A stretch of 64,000 nucleotides of DNA from a virus (lineage: Duplodnaviria; Caudoviricetes). The notes under the pieces are model-generated. The model saw only the letters and a list, made by a program, of their open reading frames with translations, had not been told where the DNA came from and did not search any database. The translations under genes and the position numbers were made by a program. Below, one piece after another: positions 18,607 through 28,331 of the stretch. Within the stretch, counting starts at the first letter, position 1. Every line of letters starts with the position of its first letter. The stretch spans positions 1-64,000 of IMG/VR virus record IMGVR_UViG_3300050500_000423. One strand, given 5' to 3'.

Positions 18607-19683
18607 ATGAGCGCGACGACAGGCATCGAATGGACGGAACGCACGTGGAATCCCCTCGTCGGCTGCGAGTACGTCTCCGCTGGCTGCGCCGGCTGCTACG
18701 CCGCCCGCGAGGCAGCCGGGCGGCTCTCGGGGACGGCGCTGTACGCGGGGCTGACGTACCGCCCCGAGGGGCGTCTCCCGCGCTTCACGGGCGAGGTCCG
18801 GACAGTCGAGGCACGGGTCGAGCAGCCGCTTCACTGGACGAAACCACGGAAGGTGTTCGTCAACTCCATGAGCGACCTCTTCCACGACGAGGTCCCCGAC
18901 GAGTTCATCGCCCGCGTGTTCGCGGTGATGGGTCTCGCAGAGTGGCACACCTTCCAGGTCCTCACGAAGCGTCCGCAGCGCATGGCGCGACTACTCGCCT
19001 CCCCGGAGTTCCGGGAGGCGTGGCTTGCCGCGCGCGACGAGCTCGCGATGACGGCGCATATCCAGCGCCTCGTGCGCCGCGGTGTCGTCTCCCTCGCAGT
19101 CTCGTATCCGCTCCCGAACGTGTGGCTCGGCACGAGCGTCGAGAACGACCGGTACGCCCGCATCCGGATTGCGCCGCTTCTCGCGACGCCGGCAGCCGTT
19201 CGGTGGGTCTCGGTCGAACCGCTGCTCGGTCCGGTATCGCTCGCCCCGTGGCTTGATCGGGACTGGATCGGCAGCGCGGCCGGCGGGTCAGGTGCTCCGC
19301 ATCCACTCCTCGATTGGGTCGTCGTCGGTGGCGAGTCCGGGCCTCGCGCTCGACCGATGGACCGTGAGTGGGTCCGGACGATCCGCGATGACTGCGCGCG
19401 CGAGGGCGTCCCGTTCCTCTTCAAGCAGTGGGGCGAGTGGCTCCCCTGCTCGTCGCCGGTCTCCGTCGACTGCGACGGCATCGGGGATCTCGTCTATGCA
19501 GGCGACGGGTCGTCCTGGCCCGACGGCCCTCTCGCCGGCCTCGTCCGCTGGTGGGAGTGGAACGGCGAGGACAACGCTCGCGGGGAGCACCGTTGGCCGG
19601 ACGGCTCGACCTCCGTACGAGTCGGCACGAAACCCGCCGGACGGCTTCTCGACGGCGTCGTCCACGACGAGTACCCCGCCTGA
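18607..19683 (+). CDS. DUF5131 (phage Gp37/Gp68) family protein
   Basis: IEWTERTWNPLVGCEYVSAGCAGCYA, FVNSMSDLFH, LTKRP, WLGTSVE, SVEPLLG, WVVVGGESG, FLFKQWG. Confidence 0.9.
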   Translation: MSATTGIEWTERTWNPLVGCEYVSAGCAGCYAAREAAGRLSGTALYAGLTYRPEGRLPRFTGEVRTVEARVEQPLHWTKPRKVFVNSMSDLFHDEVPDEFIARVFAVMGLAEWHTFQVLTKRPQRMARLLASPEFREAWLAARDELAMTAHIQRLVRRGVVSLAVSYPLPNVWLGTSVENDRYARIRIAPLLATPAAVRWVSVEPLLGPVSLAPWLDRDWIGSAAGGSGAPHPLLDWVVVGGESGPRARPMDREWVRTIRDDCAREGVPFLFKQWGEWLPCSSPVSVDCDGIGDLVYAGDGSSWPDGPLAGLVRWWEWNGEDNARGEHRWPDGSTSVRVGTKPAGRLLDGVVHDEYPA

Positions 19684-19865
19684 TGGGCGCCGACGGGACG
19701 ATCTCCGCCTCCGAGCCGCTCGACCAGCAACCGGCGATGGTCTGCTACACGTGCCGCAAGCCGATCCCGACCGGGCGACCGCCGTCGGAGACCCACCCCG
19801 ACTGCATCACGACGGAAGTCCTCCGCGTCGATGTCGAGATGCCCGTCCGGTACCGCGGGCGATGA
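19683..19865 (+). CDS. small zinc-ribbon hypothetical protein
   Basis: CYTC...HPDC; TGATG overlap. Confidence 0.45.
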   Translation: MGADGTISASEPLDQQPAMVCYTCRKPIPTGRPPSETHPDCITTEVLRVDVEMPVRYRGR

Positions 19866-20125
19866 GCGACTACTACGACGCCGCTCTCGAGGGCAGCCGC
19901 CGCGCGGCGTGGGCGCGGTACTACGCCGCGCGCGGCGATCTGATCCAACTCGCCCGGTGGGCGACGGAGTTCGTTGAGCATGCCGAGCAGGAACTCGGGT
20001 CGCTCCCTCCCGAGATGGCCGAGCTCGCCAACCTGATCGTGAAAGGTGTCGATGAGGCAGACCGTCACCTGATCCGCCGGTTCGTGAAGCTCAGTCGGCG
20101 TCGCCGTCACGGGCTAGCGGCGTGA
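19862..20125 (+). CDS. hypothetical protein
   Basis: ATGA overlap; ARRAAWARYYA-type motif. Confidence 0.5.
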   Translation: MSDYYDAALEGSRRAAWARYYAARGDLIQLARWATEFVEHAEQELGSLPPEMAELANLIVKGVDEADRHLIRRFVKLSRRRRHGLAA

Positions 20126-20487
20126 CCCCACCGACGAGGGTCCAGATGAGCCGCAAGGCGGGATGGCGGAAGCCGGAGCACGTGACGTATGTCGGCCGGC
20201 CAAGCCGTTGGGGGAACCCGTTCGTCGTCTCCGAGTTCGGCATCGAGGTCGCGGTCGGTCTCTACGACGACATGGTTCGCGGCTTCTGGAATCCGGGCCG
20301 GGTCGCAGACCTCTCCGATGAGGTCGTCACCGCGATCTACGAGACGCGCAGCGCATGGCTGGCACGCATCGGTAGACACCCGATGGACGTCGCCGTCAGC
20401 GAACTCGCCGGCCGTGATCTTGCCTGCTGGTGTCCGCTCTCCGCACCGTGTCACGCCGACTCGCTTCTCGCTGTAGCGAACCGATGA
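20122..20487 (+). CDS. DUF4326 domain protein
   Basis: YVGRPSRWGNPF...LAGRDLACWCP...CHADSL. Confidence 0.85.
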   Translation: MTPPTRVQMSRKAGWRKPEHVTYVGRPSRWGNPFVVSEFGIEVAVGLYDDMVRGFWNPGRVADLSDEVVTAIYETRSAWLARIGRHPMDVAVSELAGRDLACWCPLSAPCHADSLLAVANR

Positions 20488-20620
20488 TCGTTCCCTACCT
20501 CCGGCCGCGCCCGAGCGCGATGGTCAACGCGATCAGTCCAACCCCGACGAGCACCACGGAGACGATGAATTCTGCCACGGTCCGATCATCGCGAAGGACG
20601 CCTTGGAACGAGGTACCGAG

Positions 20621-21997
20621 ATGACCGCCGGGCCACCGCCGCCTGATGAGCCGCCGCCCGCGTCGCGGAACGCGCCGTGGTCACGCGACGCCGAGGAGTC
20701 CCTTCTCGGCGCCATGTTCCTGAACGAGGACGTACGCGCCCGGGCACTGCGCGAGACCGACGTCTCCGACCTCTGGCTCCCGAACCACCGGACGATCTAC
20801 GAGGCACTCGAATGGCTCCACGCGCACGGCGAAGGCGTCGACCCCGTCACGGTCCACGACCGGATCGCGGCGTCGGGTGCGCCGAACGCTGACCATCGCG
20901 ACTTCACCCGCGGTTGCTTGCAGGAACTCGCCACGTCGACCCCTGCGTCGATGAACGTCCGGTCGTACGCGTCAGTCATCCGCCGCTTCGCTCGCGCTCG
21001 CGCGGCGATCGCGTACGGCAACGAGCTAGCCGAGGCGGGCTACGCCGGCGACGAGGAACACCTCGACCGTCTCACGAACGACGCGACATCCCGACTCGCT
21101 CCCGAAGCCCTCGAGGTTGAGACCATCGACTTGCTCGCGATGTGGGCACTCGCAGATCAGGAAGTCGAGGAACCGACGAAGCCGTTCGTCATCCCGGCGT
21201 GTCTCCGTCAGGGTGAGGTGTTCATCCTCACGGGATCGGAAGGCGGCGGGAAGATGACGCTTCTCCGGCAGGTCGCCGGGTGCATCGCCGCGGGCATTCA
21301 CCCGTTCACGGGCATCGGGGAAGGGATGGAACCCCGACGGGTTCTGTCCCTCGACCTTCAAGAGGACCCGATCGACCAAGCAGCCGAACTCGTGAAGCTC
21401 CGCCGCGCGGTCGGACCGACGTACCAGGAGGGCATGTTCCACGCGGTGTCCTGGCCCGACGGTGTCGATCTGCTCTCTCCCCGTGGGCGCCGCAAGGTAG
21501 AGGGCGCCCTGAACGCGGCTCGTCCTGACCTCGTGATCTGCGGCCCTCTGGTCAAGACCTTCCGGACCCCGGAGGGACGCTCGCGGTACTCGGAGGACGT
21601 GATCGACGAAGTGACCGACATCTGGGACGACTGGATGACCCGGTACGACTTCGCGTTGATGCTCGAAGCGCACTCGGGTAACGACCGCGGCTCCGACGCC
21701 GACTGGCGCGCACGCGGCTCGTCCGTCTGGCGATCATGGCCGGCGTTCTCGCATGGCCTCAAGCTCGTGAGCACCGACCCGCGCGAGGCGGAACTCGTCC
21801 GTGCGCGACCCGACCGGTACGCGAATCGAGCGTGGCCGACGCGGTTGTTCGGGAACCCGGCGTACAAGTTGCCGTGGCAGGCGAGCAATGACGACTTCGC
21901 GCGAGTCTGCCGAGCGATGGGGCTGCACTGGCTCCTCGGTGAGGGCGAGCAGATGCTCATGGACCCGTACGACCCCGACGGCGGGCAGCCGTTCTAA
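20621..21997 (+). CDS. dnaB: Replicative helicase, DnaB-like N-terminus plus RecA-fold ATPase
   Basis: DAEESLLGAM...HRTIYEAL...VDPVTV; GSEGGGK; LMLEAH; RGSSVW. Confidence 0.72.
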   Translation: MTAGPPPPDEPPPASRNAPWSRDAEESLLGAMFLNEDVRARALRETDVSDLWLPNHRTIYEALEWLHAHGEGVDPVTVHDRIAASGAPNADHRDFTRGCLQELATSTPASMNVRSYASVIRRFARARAAIAYGNELAEAGYAGDEEHLDRLTNDATSRLAPEALEVETIDLLAMWALADQEVEEPTKPFVIPACLRQGEVFILTGSEGGGKMTLLRQVAGCIAAGIHPFTGIGEGMEPRRVLSLDLQEDPIDQAAELVKLRRAVGPTYQEGMFHAVSWPDGVDLLSPRGRRKVEGALNAARPDLVICGPLVKTFRTPEGRSRYSEDVIDEVTDIWDDWMTRYDFALMLEAHSGNDRGSDADWRARGSSVWRSWPAFSHGLKLVSTDPREAELVRARPDRYANRAWPTRLFGNPAYKLPWQASNDDFARVCRAMGLHWLLGEGEQMLMDPYDPDGGQPF

Positions 21998-22013
21998 CCC
22001 GAGAGGAGCAACG

Positions 22014-22499
22014 GTGAGCGACGTAGAGCTAGGGACGTTCGAGGGACGCCCGGTCGTTGGTATGGCGATCGTGGTCCGCAGAACCGGCGACGGGTTGTCC
22101 GAGACGGTCAAGGTCGATCCTGTCCGCATCGGTGTCGGCGATGAGGGCTACATCGTGTTCGCCTATAAGTGCGTGGACGTGCATCACCCGGCGGAGAACC
22201 GCCGTGATCCAGCGGCGGGTGGTGTGGTACGGACCCCGATCCTCGACGCGAGTACCGCGACGTTCGTTGACGCGGATGTCGTCGCGACCGCGATCGCGGA
22301 GCAGGCCGAGAGGAACCGCCGGTACATCGAAGAGACCCGGAACCGGCAGTACGAACTCCGCGACGCCGAGTTGATCGAGGCGCACGACAAGGCGGAGCAC
22401 GTCGGGGACGTGTTCCCGGTGCGGCACTGCCCGCGATGCGCGGAGGAAGTCGAGGCAGTCGCCCGTGAGGCAGCAGCGGAAGAGGCGGGGAGCGAGTGA
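22014..22499 (+). CDS. hypothetical protein
   Basis: RBS GAGGAG; in-operon ORF. Confidence 0.58.
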   Translation: MSDVELGTFEGRPVVGMAIVVRRTGDGLSETVKVDPVRIGVGDEGYIVFAYKCVDVHHPAENRRDPAAGGVVRTPILDASTATFVDADVVATAIAEQAERNRRYIEETRNRQYELRDAELIEAHDKAEHVGDVFPVRHCPRCAEEVEAVAREAAAEEAGSE

Positions 22500-23080
22500 G
22501 TTACGCACCCGAACGCGCGGGTCATCGACGCCGGTTCGGGCGTCGACGACCGAGCGTGTCGCACCGACGGTGGTCCGGGCCGTACCACCAGTTCGACCTC
22601 ACCCGCACGGACGACGGGTCGCTCTACCTCCGTCGCTGGTGGCTGTTCTCGACCCCACTCGGCGGAGTCCTACTCCACCGAATGAGCGCGCCGGATGCGC
22701 GCCCGACGCTGCACGACCACCCGTTCTCGTTCGTGTCGATCGTCCTTCGCGGTGGGTACGTCGAGGATCGACTCGACCCGATGACGTTCACCGTCTCGGG
22801 GCATGTGGTCCGCCGCGTGAACGTCGTCCGGAAGCACGACGCGCACACGATCACGAGGCTGCTCCGAAACCCGACGTGGACACTCCTGCTCGTCGGGAAG
22901 CACCACCGAACCTGGGGGTTCTGGGAGCCGGGCGAGGCGCGGAGCTGGAATCACGTCCCGGACGGCGCGGGCGGTACCGAGCGTGACGGCACGTGGTCAG
23001 CGCGCGTGTGGCGGTGGACGAAGCACGATGCGTTCGACTCGGGGCACTACGTTCCGCTCCCCGGAGAGGGGGGATCGTGA
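22496..23080 (+). CDS. Cupin-fold protein
   Basis: YLRRWWLF...LHDHPFSFVSIVLRGGYVE...H.I. Confidence 0.65.
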   Translation: MSYAPERAGHRRRFGRRRPSVSHRRWSGPYHQFDLTRTDDGSLYLRRWWLFSTPLGGVLLHRMSAPDARPTLHDHPFSFVSIVLRGGYVEDRLDPMTFTVSGHVVRRVNVVRKHDAHTITRLLRNPTWTLLLVGKHHRTWGFWEPGEARSWNHVPDGAGGTERDGTWSARVWRWTKHDAFDSGHYVPLPGEGGS

Positions 23081-23730
23081 CGGACGACATCACGAAGGGA
23101 GAACGCGAAGAACTCCGCCGTGTCGTCCGCGGCGACTTCAAGGCGCTTCGCCTCGAGATCGGCGTCCGACGCGCCGAGCTACTCGCGGACATCGAACGAG
23201 CGATCGCGATGCGGTTCCGGGCGAACGAGGACGCGATCGCGGCAGCCGACCTAGAAATCACCGGCATCGTCCGAGAGGCAAACGCCCGTATCTCCCGCGT
23301 CCTCGAGACCGCCGCGCGCTCCGCCGACGGGTACGAGTTGAGATGGCAGCCGCTCGCCACGCCGCTGCTGCGATGGGAACGACAGCAACGCGACGAGCTA
23401 CGTCGGGCGATGATTGCAGACCTCGACGCCCGGATCATCGCGGCGCAGGCGACGATGGCGCGGCAGGAGAACAACCTCCTCAAGGAACTATCGACCGGGG
23501 CGCTGTCGTCCCCGTCAGCGACAGCGTTCCTCGAGCGCATCCCGACCGTCGCTGCACTCGTTCCTGAGTCCCGCCTCGCGGAGTTGGAGGAGGCGTTCGC
23601 GAGCGCGCCGATCTCTCCAGAGGACCGCGACCGCGCCGCCCTGACCGCGTCGTTCATGCCTCCACCCGCACTCGACGACGAGGACGAAGCCGCCGACGGC
23701 GATGACGACGAGGACGAGGACGACCGGTGA
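23077..23730 (+). CDS. hypothetical coiled-coil protein with acidic tail
   Basis: In-operon ORF. Confidence 0.6.
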   Translation: MTDDITKGEREELRRVVRGDFKALRLEIGVRRAELLADIERAIAMRFRANEDAIAAADLEITGIVREANARISRVLETAARSADGYELRWQPLATPLLRWERQQRDELRRAMIADLDARIIAAQATMARQENNLLKELSTGALSSPSATAFLERIPTVAALVPESRLAELEEAFASAPISPEDRDRAALTASFMPPPALDDEDEAADGDDDEDEDDR

Positions 23731-23969
23731 CGTACGGCGCGAACTCGGTCAAGGCGAGCCGCCGCTTCCGCGGTATCGACAAGGACGTACGAGACCTGAT
23801 CCGGAAACTCAGCGCCGTCGGCGTTGAGGTTGACTTCACGGGGAAGGGACATCTCGTCTGGCAACATGCCGACGCCCCGGACCTCGTTACGTCAGGGACC
23901 GCCCGTACCCCGGCGATCACTGTCCGGAAGGTCCGCTCCTGGTGTCGACGGAACGGGATCGAATCGTGA
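23727..23969 (+). CDS. HicA-like small protein
   Basis: Basic 80-aa protein with TGKGHLVWQH and T..TP pattern. Confidence 0.42.
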   Translation: MTYGANSVKASRRFRGIDKDVRDLIRKLSAVGVEVDFTGKGHLVWQHADAPDLVTSGTARTPAITVRKVRSWCRRNGIES

Positions 23970-24190
23970 CGACACGGTGGCCGAACCTGCCCGACGGCGC
24001 GCGGGTCGTCTCCGACAAGGCGGCGCCGAAGGTTCGCCGGCCGCGATCCCGGGGCTGGTTCGTATGCCGGTATCCGGACTGCGACACCGTCGAGCGAAGC
24101 GTCGCCGCGATCGAACGACACATCGACGGTGAGCACCATGCCGCGCGCTACGACGTACTCGACCATGATCCCGAGGAGGACACACCATGA
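23966..24190 (+). CDS. C2H2 zinc-finger small protein
   Basis: CRYPDC...IERHIDGEH. Confidence 0.5.
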   Translation: MTTRWPNLPDGARVVSDKAAPKVRRPRSRGWFVCRYPDCDTVERSVAAIERHIDGEHHAARYDVLDHDPEEDTP

Positions 24191-24816
24191 CGACGAACCC
24201 CGGCCAGGTGCTCGCTGACGCGGCAGGTCCGCTCCACGGGAAGTTGCTCCTCACGGGCTACGAGCTGCCCCAGGGGTTGACCTACGAAGAGTGGGCAGAG
24301 GAGGGCCGGACTCTCGTCGCGATGGCACGAGCGTCGATGTGGTGGGTAGGCGACTGGCTCGCGTACGGGGAGCACCACTTCGGAGATAAGTACGTGCAGG
24401 CCGTCGAAGCGACCGGTCTGGCGCTCTCGACGTTGAAGAACGCTCAGTGGGTCGCGGACCGTATCCCGCCGGCGGAACGCATCGAGGACGTTCCGTACTC
24501 GCACCACCGGGCGGTCGCGTCTCTCGACCCGAAGAACCGGAAGGCGATCCTCGTCGAGGCACGCGACGAGCAACTCGCGGAGTACGAGGTTCGGGCACGG
24601 GTCCGTGAGGTCAAGGAAGCCGAAGCCGGTCCCGGCGTCACGGTGATCGGAGACGCCACCCCCGAGCCGGAGAAGTCCCTCGAGGAACTTCTCGACCTTG
24701 CGCTCGCCACCTTGGACGACGCCCTCGACGGACACGACTGGTCATCCGTCGGGGAGGCACGCGGGTACGTCGACCGCGCCCGAGCGCGCGCCGTCGCCAC
24801 GGAGACGAGCTCGTGA
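24187..24816 (+). CDS. LmbU-like / methylase-associated N-terminal domain protein
   Basis: LTYEEWAEEG...MWWVGDWLAYGEHHFGDKY...LPYSHH-type motif. Confidence 0.55.
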   Translation: MTTNPGQVLADAAGPLHGKLLLTGYELPQGLTYEEWAEEGRTLVAMARASMWWVGDWLAYGEHHFGDKYVQAVEATGLALSTLKNAQWVADRIPPAERIEDVPYSHHRAVASLDPKNRKAILVEARDEQLAEYEVRARVREVKEAEAGPGVTVIGDATPEPEKSLEELLDLALATLDDALDGHDWSSVGEARGYVDRARARAVATETSS

Positions 24817-25022
24817 GCGCCGTCATCTGCGGACTCCCCCGCCCCGACGGCGTCCCTTGCCCCTACGACGTAGAACGCACCCACGGACCTGCCGGGTCGC
24901 TTCACTGCCCGGACCACGGCCACGTCCTCGACGTGTTCCCGACCCCGCGTGCCTCAGGCGTCGTGTTCCTCGACTACACCGACGGCCACAGCGAAGTCGT
25001 CAACCTCGAGGACCTCCGATGA
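24813..25022 (+). CDS. hypothetical protein
   Basis: Overlaps both neighbours. Confidence 0.45.
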   Translation: MSAVICGLPRPDGVPCPYDVERTHGPAGSLHCPDHGHVLDVFPTPRASGVVFLDYTDGHSEVVNLEDLR

Positions 25023-27151
25023 CCGAAGTCGTTGACCTCTGCGGCGGTCCCGGCGGATGGGACGTAGGCGCCGCGCTGCTCGGCATCGAACCCCTCGGCA
25101 TCGAGTGGGACGACGCAGCATGCGCGACGCGCACCGCAGCCGGCCTCCGGACCATGCAGGCAGACATCTCGACCTACGAACACGACGGCCCTCTCGCTGG
25201 TCTGATCGCGTCGCCGCCATGCCCGACGTTCTCTGCTGCCGGGAACCGCGAGGGACTTCTCGAACTCCCGTACCTCATCGCACACGTCCGAGCCTGTAGC
25301 GACGGCGTCTGGCGGCCCTACTCTCCGCCGGAGAACCTCGGCTTCGGTGACGACGCGACCACGATCGTCCCGGACCCCCGTTCCGCGCTCGTACTCGAGC
25401 CGCTGCGCGTCATCCTGACGAACCGTCCGGAGTGGATCGCGATGGAGCAGGTCCCCCCGGTGCTCGTGGTCTGGGAGGCGTACCGAGACCTTCTCGTTGG
25501 TCTCGGCTACTCGGCATGGTGCGGGGTCCTGAATGCGGCGGACTACGGCGTCCCGCAGACCCGGCAACGCGCGATCCTCATGGCGCATCGCTCGCGGCCG
25601 GTTCACCCGCCGGAACCGACGCACTGCAAGGGTGGGGCTATCTCCCTGTTCGGTGAGCTCGCCCCGTGGGTGTCGATGGCCGCGGCGCTCGGGTGGGGTG
25701 CCCGGGATCGACCGACGCCGACAGTCACGGCAGGCGGGACCGGCGCAGGAGGCGGTCCGGAACCGATCGCGCACCCGGAACGCTTCCGGGACTCCGTCAC
25801 GGAGTGGGAGGTCGGGTTCCCGCGCCTCGACGATCGAGGCACGTCCGGGGACGGGTACCGCGAGCGGGACTGGCGACCGATGGACGAACCTGCCTTCTCT
25901 CTCACTGAGAAGGCACGTTCGTGGGTCCTCCGCGAAATCCAGCCGCACGGCGCGATCCGCCGCGGCGACGAACCCGCCATGACAATCCCGGCGTCGGCAG
26001 ACAACGGGAACTACCGATTCGAGCCGGCCGACCCTGACGGCGAGTTCACCGTCGAGGAGATGGCCGACCGTGCCGTCGTCGCCCAGGCGTACCCCCGCGA
26101 TCCCGACGCCCCCAAGCCGCCGCTCGAGGAGGTCGTCGTTCGCACGGGGAACAACTCCGCGACTCTCGGACCCGACCAACGCGTCGGCGTTCCTTGGCGG
26201 GACCGGTCGAAGCCGTACGAGCGGCCCGTGAGCGAGCCTGCTCCGACCTTCGACGCGAAAGTCGGTGGTGCTTGGGAGGTCGGTACCCCTGACGAGCTCG
26301 ATGCAGCGATGAGGGTCCGGACGGACAACTTCGCTGGTCGCGGGCGACTCGTCCCGATGTCGGAGCCCGCGCCGACGCTGTCGTCTCGGGGAGACCTCTG
26401 GCAGGTCGGCGCAGCGGAGGATCTCGACCCCGCACCCGACGAGTTCGTAATGCGGACGGAGAACTTCACGGGCAGTCGAGACGAGAACGGGCAGTCGAGA
26501 CGGTACGAACGCCCTCTCTCGGAGCCGTCTCCGACGGTTACGTCACGCGCCGATCTCTGGGAGGCGGGTGCCCCGACGGAGCATGTAGAGGTCGTCGTGA
26601 ATACGGGGCGGGACTGGAAGTCCGGAGGGTCCCGCGACGACGCCCAGAAGGTCTCTGCGGACGCTCCGGCCCCGTCGATCGACGGTAAGGGCCGCTGGCA
26701 CGCAGAGGTCCTTGTGAACGGCGTCCCGTACGTTCCTCCGGACCCGGCCGACTATCCGGGCGGCTGCCCGGAGTGCGGATGCTCGTGGGACGACCACGGC
26801 GATGAGGGCTGCGAGGGTCCCTGCGGCGGCACGCAATGCCGAGGCCGTCAGTACCTATGGCCGTACGAACGGCCGGCGACGACACTCGCTGGTGACCCGC
26901 GGGCGTTCGCCCCGGGCGGACACCTCGCGAACGACGGCCGCGACAACCGGAAGATGGTCGGCCGGTCGCAGAACACGATCCGCCTCTCGATCATCGACGC
27001 GCTGCTCTTGCAGACCTTCCCACCCGATTACCCGGTGCAGGGCACGAAGAGCAAGCAGTTCGAGCAGGTCGGGAATGCGATCCCACCGCGACTCGCAGCG
27101 CACGTCCTCGCGGCGTTGCTCGGTATCGACCTCCTAGGAGCAGCAGCGTGA
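25019..27151 (+). CDS. DNA (cytosine-5) methyltransferase with internally repeated variable region
   Basis: DLCGGPGG (motif I), SPPCP (IV), MEQV (VI variant), YGVPQTRQRA (VIII), QTFP, QVGNAIPP (X); about 8 EPAPT-like modules. Confidence 0.9.
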   Translation: MTEVVDLCGGPGGWDVGAALLGIEPLGIEWDDAACATRTAAGLRTMQADISTYEHDGPLAGLIASPPCPTFSAAGNREGLLELPYLIAHVRACSDGVWRPYSPPENLGFGDDATTIVPDPRSALVLEPLRVILTNRPEWIAMEQVPPVLVVWEAYRDLLVGLGYSAWCGVLNAADYGVPQTRQRAILMAHRSRPVHPPEPTHCKGGAISLFGELAPWVSMAAALGWGARDRPTPTVTAGGTGAGGGPEPIAHPERFRDSVTEWEVGFPRLDDRGTSGDGYRERDWRPMDEPAFSLTEKARSWVLREIQPHGAIRRGDEPAMTIPASADNGNYRFEPADPDGEFTVEEMADRAVVAQAYPRDPDAPKPPLEEVVVRTGNNSATLGPDQRVGVPWRDRSKPYERPVSEPAPTFDAKVGGAWEVGTPDELDAAMRVRTDNFAGRGRLVPMSEPAPTLSSRGDLWQVGAAEDLDPAPDEFVMRTENFTGSRDENGQSRRYERPLSEPSPTVTSRADLWEAGAPTEHVEVVVNTGRDWKSGGSRDDAQKVSADAPAPSIDGKGRWHAEVLVNGVPYVPPDPADYPGGCPECGCSWDDHGDEGCEGPCGGTQCRGRQYLWPYERPATTLAGDPRAFAPGGHLANDGRDNRKMVGRSQNTIRLSIIDALLLQTFPPDYPVQGTKSKQFEQVGNAIPPRLAAHVLAALLGIDLLGAAA

Positions 27152-27486
27152 GCGCGAACGAGTTCACCGAGGCACGCGAGCTTGTCGCCGTGTGGCTCGA
27201 CAGAGAAACGACGGAGTACGCCGACGGGAAGTGGACCGAGCGCGCCCAAAACGCCGAGCGGCTCATGGCCGAAGGACTGATGCCCGGCACATGGTGGCGG
27301 GACTTCATAGATCAGTACCTCCACCGCGCGGCCGTCCTTGGTCTCGATACCGCGGTGGGGCGCCAGGCGCTCCTCAAGGCGTGCCAGACGATCAAGGAGT
27401 GCTGCGTAGCGATGGCGGTCGAACTCGACGGCGATCTCCCCGCGCCGGGGTACCCGAGCGGAGAGGTCGCCTCGTGGACTCGGTAA
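27148..27486 (+). CDS. hypothetical protein
   Basis: In-operon ORF. Confidence 0.55.
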   Translation: MSANEFTEARELVAVWLDRETTEYADGKWTERAQNAERLMAEGLMPGTWWRDFIDQYLHRAAVLGLDTAVGRQALLKACQTIKECCVAMAVELDGDLPAPGYPSGEVASWTR

Positions 27487-28331
27487 GCGAGGTTCTCTCG
27501 ATCGGGACGTGGCGCGACAACGCCGAGCTCATCGCGGACGTAGCTCGCCTTCCCGGCTACCTCGAGCCGGAGCGCGGCGACCCGTGGTCGGTCCTCGACG
27601 TGACGTACGGCGTCGCGGGCGGCTTCTGGAAGCGGTACCGGCCGGCAACGCTCGTGACGAACGACCTCGCGACCGAGGCGGAGATGGGCAGCCGGGTCGT
27701 CCCTGTCGAGACCGATCACCACTGGTCGTACCTCGCGATCCCGCTCGACGCGAACTCGTTCGATGTCGTCGTGTTCGACCCGCCATACAAGCTCAACGGG
27801 ACCCCCGCGCTCGGGGAGCAGGACGTGAGGTTCGGGACGACGAAGAGGACCTCCCGCGACGAGGTCCTCACCGACATGCGCCTCGGCGCGATCGAGTGCT
27901 ACCGGGTCGCGCGCCGTCGCCTCTTCGTGAAGTGCATGGACCAAGTCGAGGGCGGCGAGATGCGCTGGCAGACCGACCTCATCACGAGGGCGATCGAGGA
28001 CCGGTGTCTCTGCGGCCACGACCGGGAGACCCACGTCACGGGCGTCTGCGAGGACGCGCTCGCCTGCGGGTGCCGCGGGTTCACGGGCGGCCGGAAGATG
28101 GACCGCTTCGATATCCCGCTCGCCGGCCGCGAGCAACCGAAGGACCGGAAGTGCCCGACGTGCGACGGCGACGGTCTCGACCACACCGACGGATGGAGCG
28201 AGCACACGGCGCAACCGTGCCTGACGTGCGGTGGGTCGAAGCGGGTCCCGATCGTGCAGCGGACCTCCCGAGGGAAGCACAGCTCCCTCCTCGTGTTCGC
28301 CAAGCCGTCCCGCTGGAAGGCGGTCCGGTGA
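27474..28331 (+). CDS. DNA amino-methyltransferase (DPPY) with two zinc-finger insertions
   Basis: VLDVTYG..GFW, DVVVFDPPY, LFVKCMD; CLCGH...CGC and CPTCDGDG...CLTCGG inserts. Confidence 0.7.
   Translation: MDSVSEVLSIGTWRDNAELIADVARLPGYLEPERGDPWSVLDVTYGVAGGFWKRYRPATLVTNDLATEAEMGSRVVPVETDHHWSYLAIPLDANSFDVVVFDPPYKLNGTPALGEQDVRFGTTKRTSRDEVLTDMRLGAIECYRVARRRLFVKCMDQVEGGEMRWQTDLITRAIEDRCLCGHDRETHVTGVCEDALACGCRGFTGGRKMDRFDIPLAGREQPKDRKCPTCDGDGLDHTDGWSEHTAQPCLTCGGSKRVPIVQRTSRGKHSSLLVFAKPSRWKAVR

Noticed and set aside
23727-23969. Complete HicAB toxin-antitoxin system
   Set aside because: The HicA resemblance is weak and no HicB-like neighbour is identifiable.
24698-25018. 5' extensions given in the ORF track (for example 24698, 27509, 33234, 49703, 58879, 60185)
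   Set aside because: Downstream ATG/GTG codons overlapping the previous stop fit the operon pattern, and the extensions are low-complexity.
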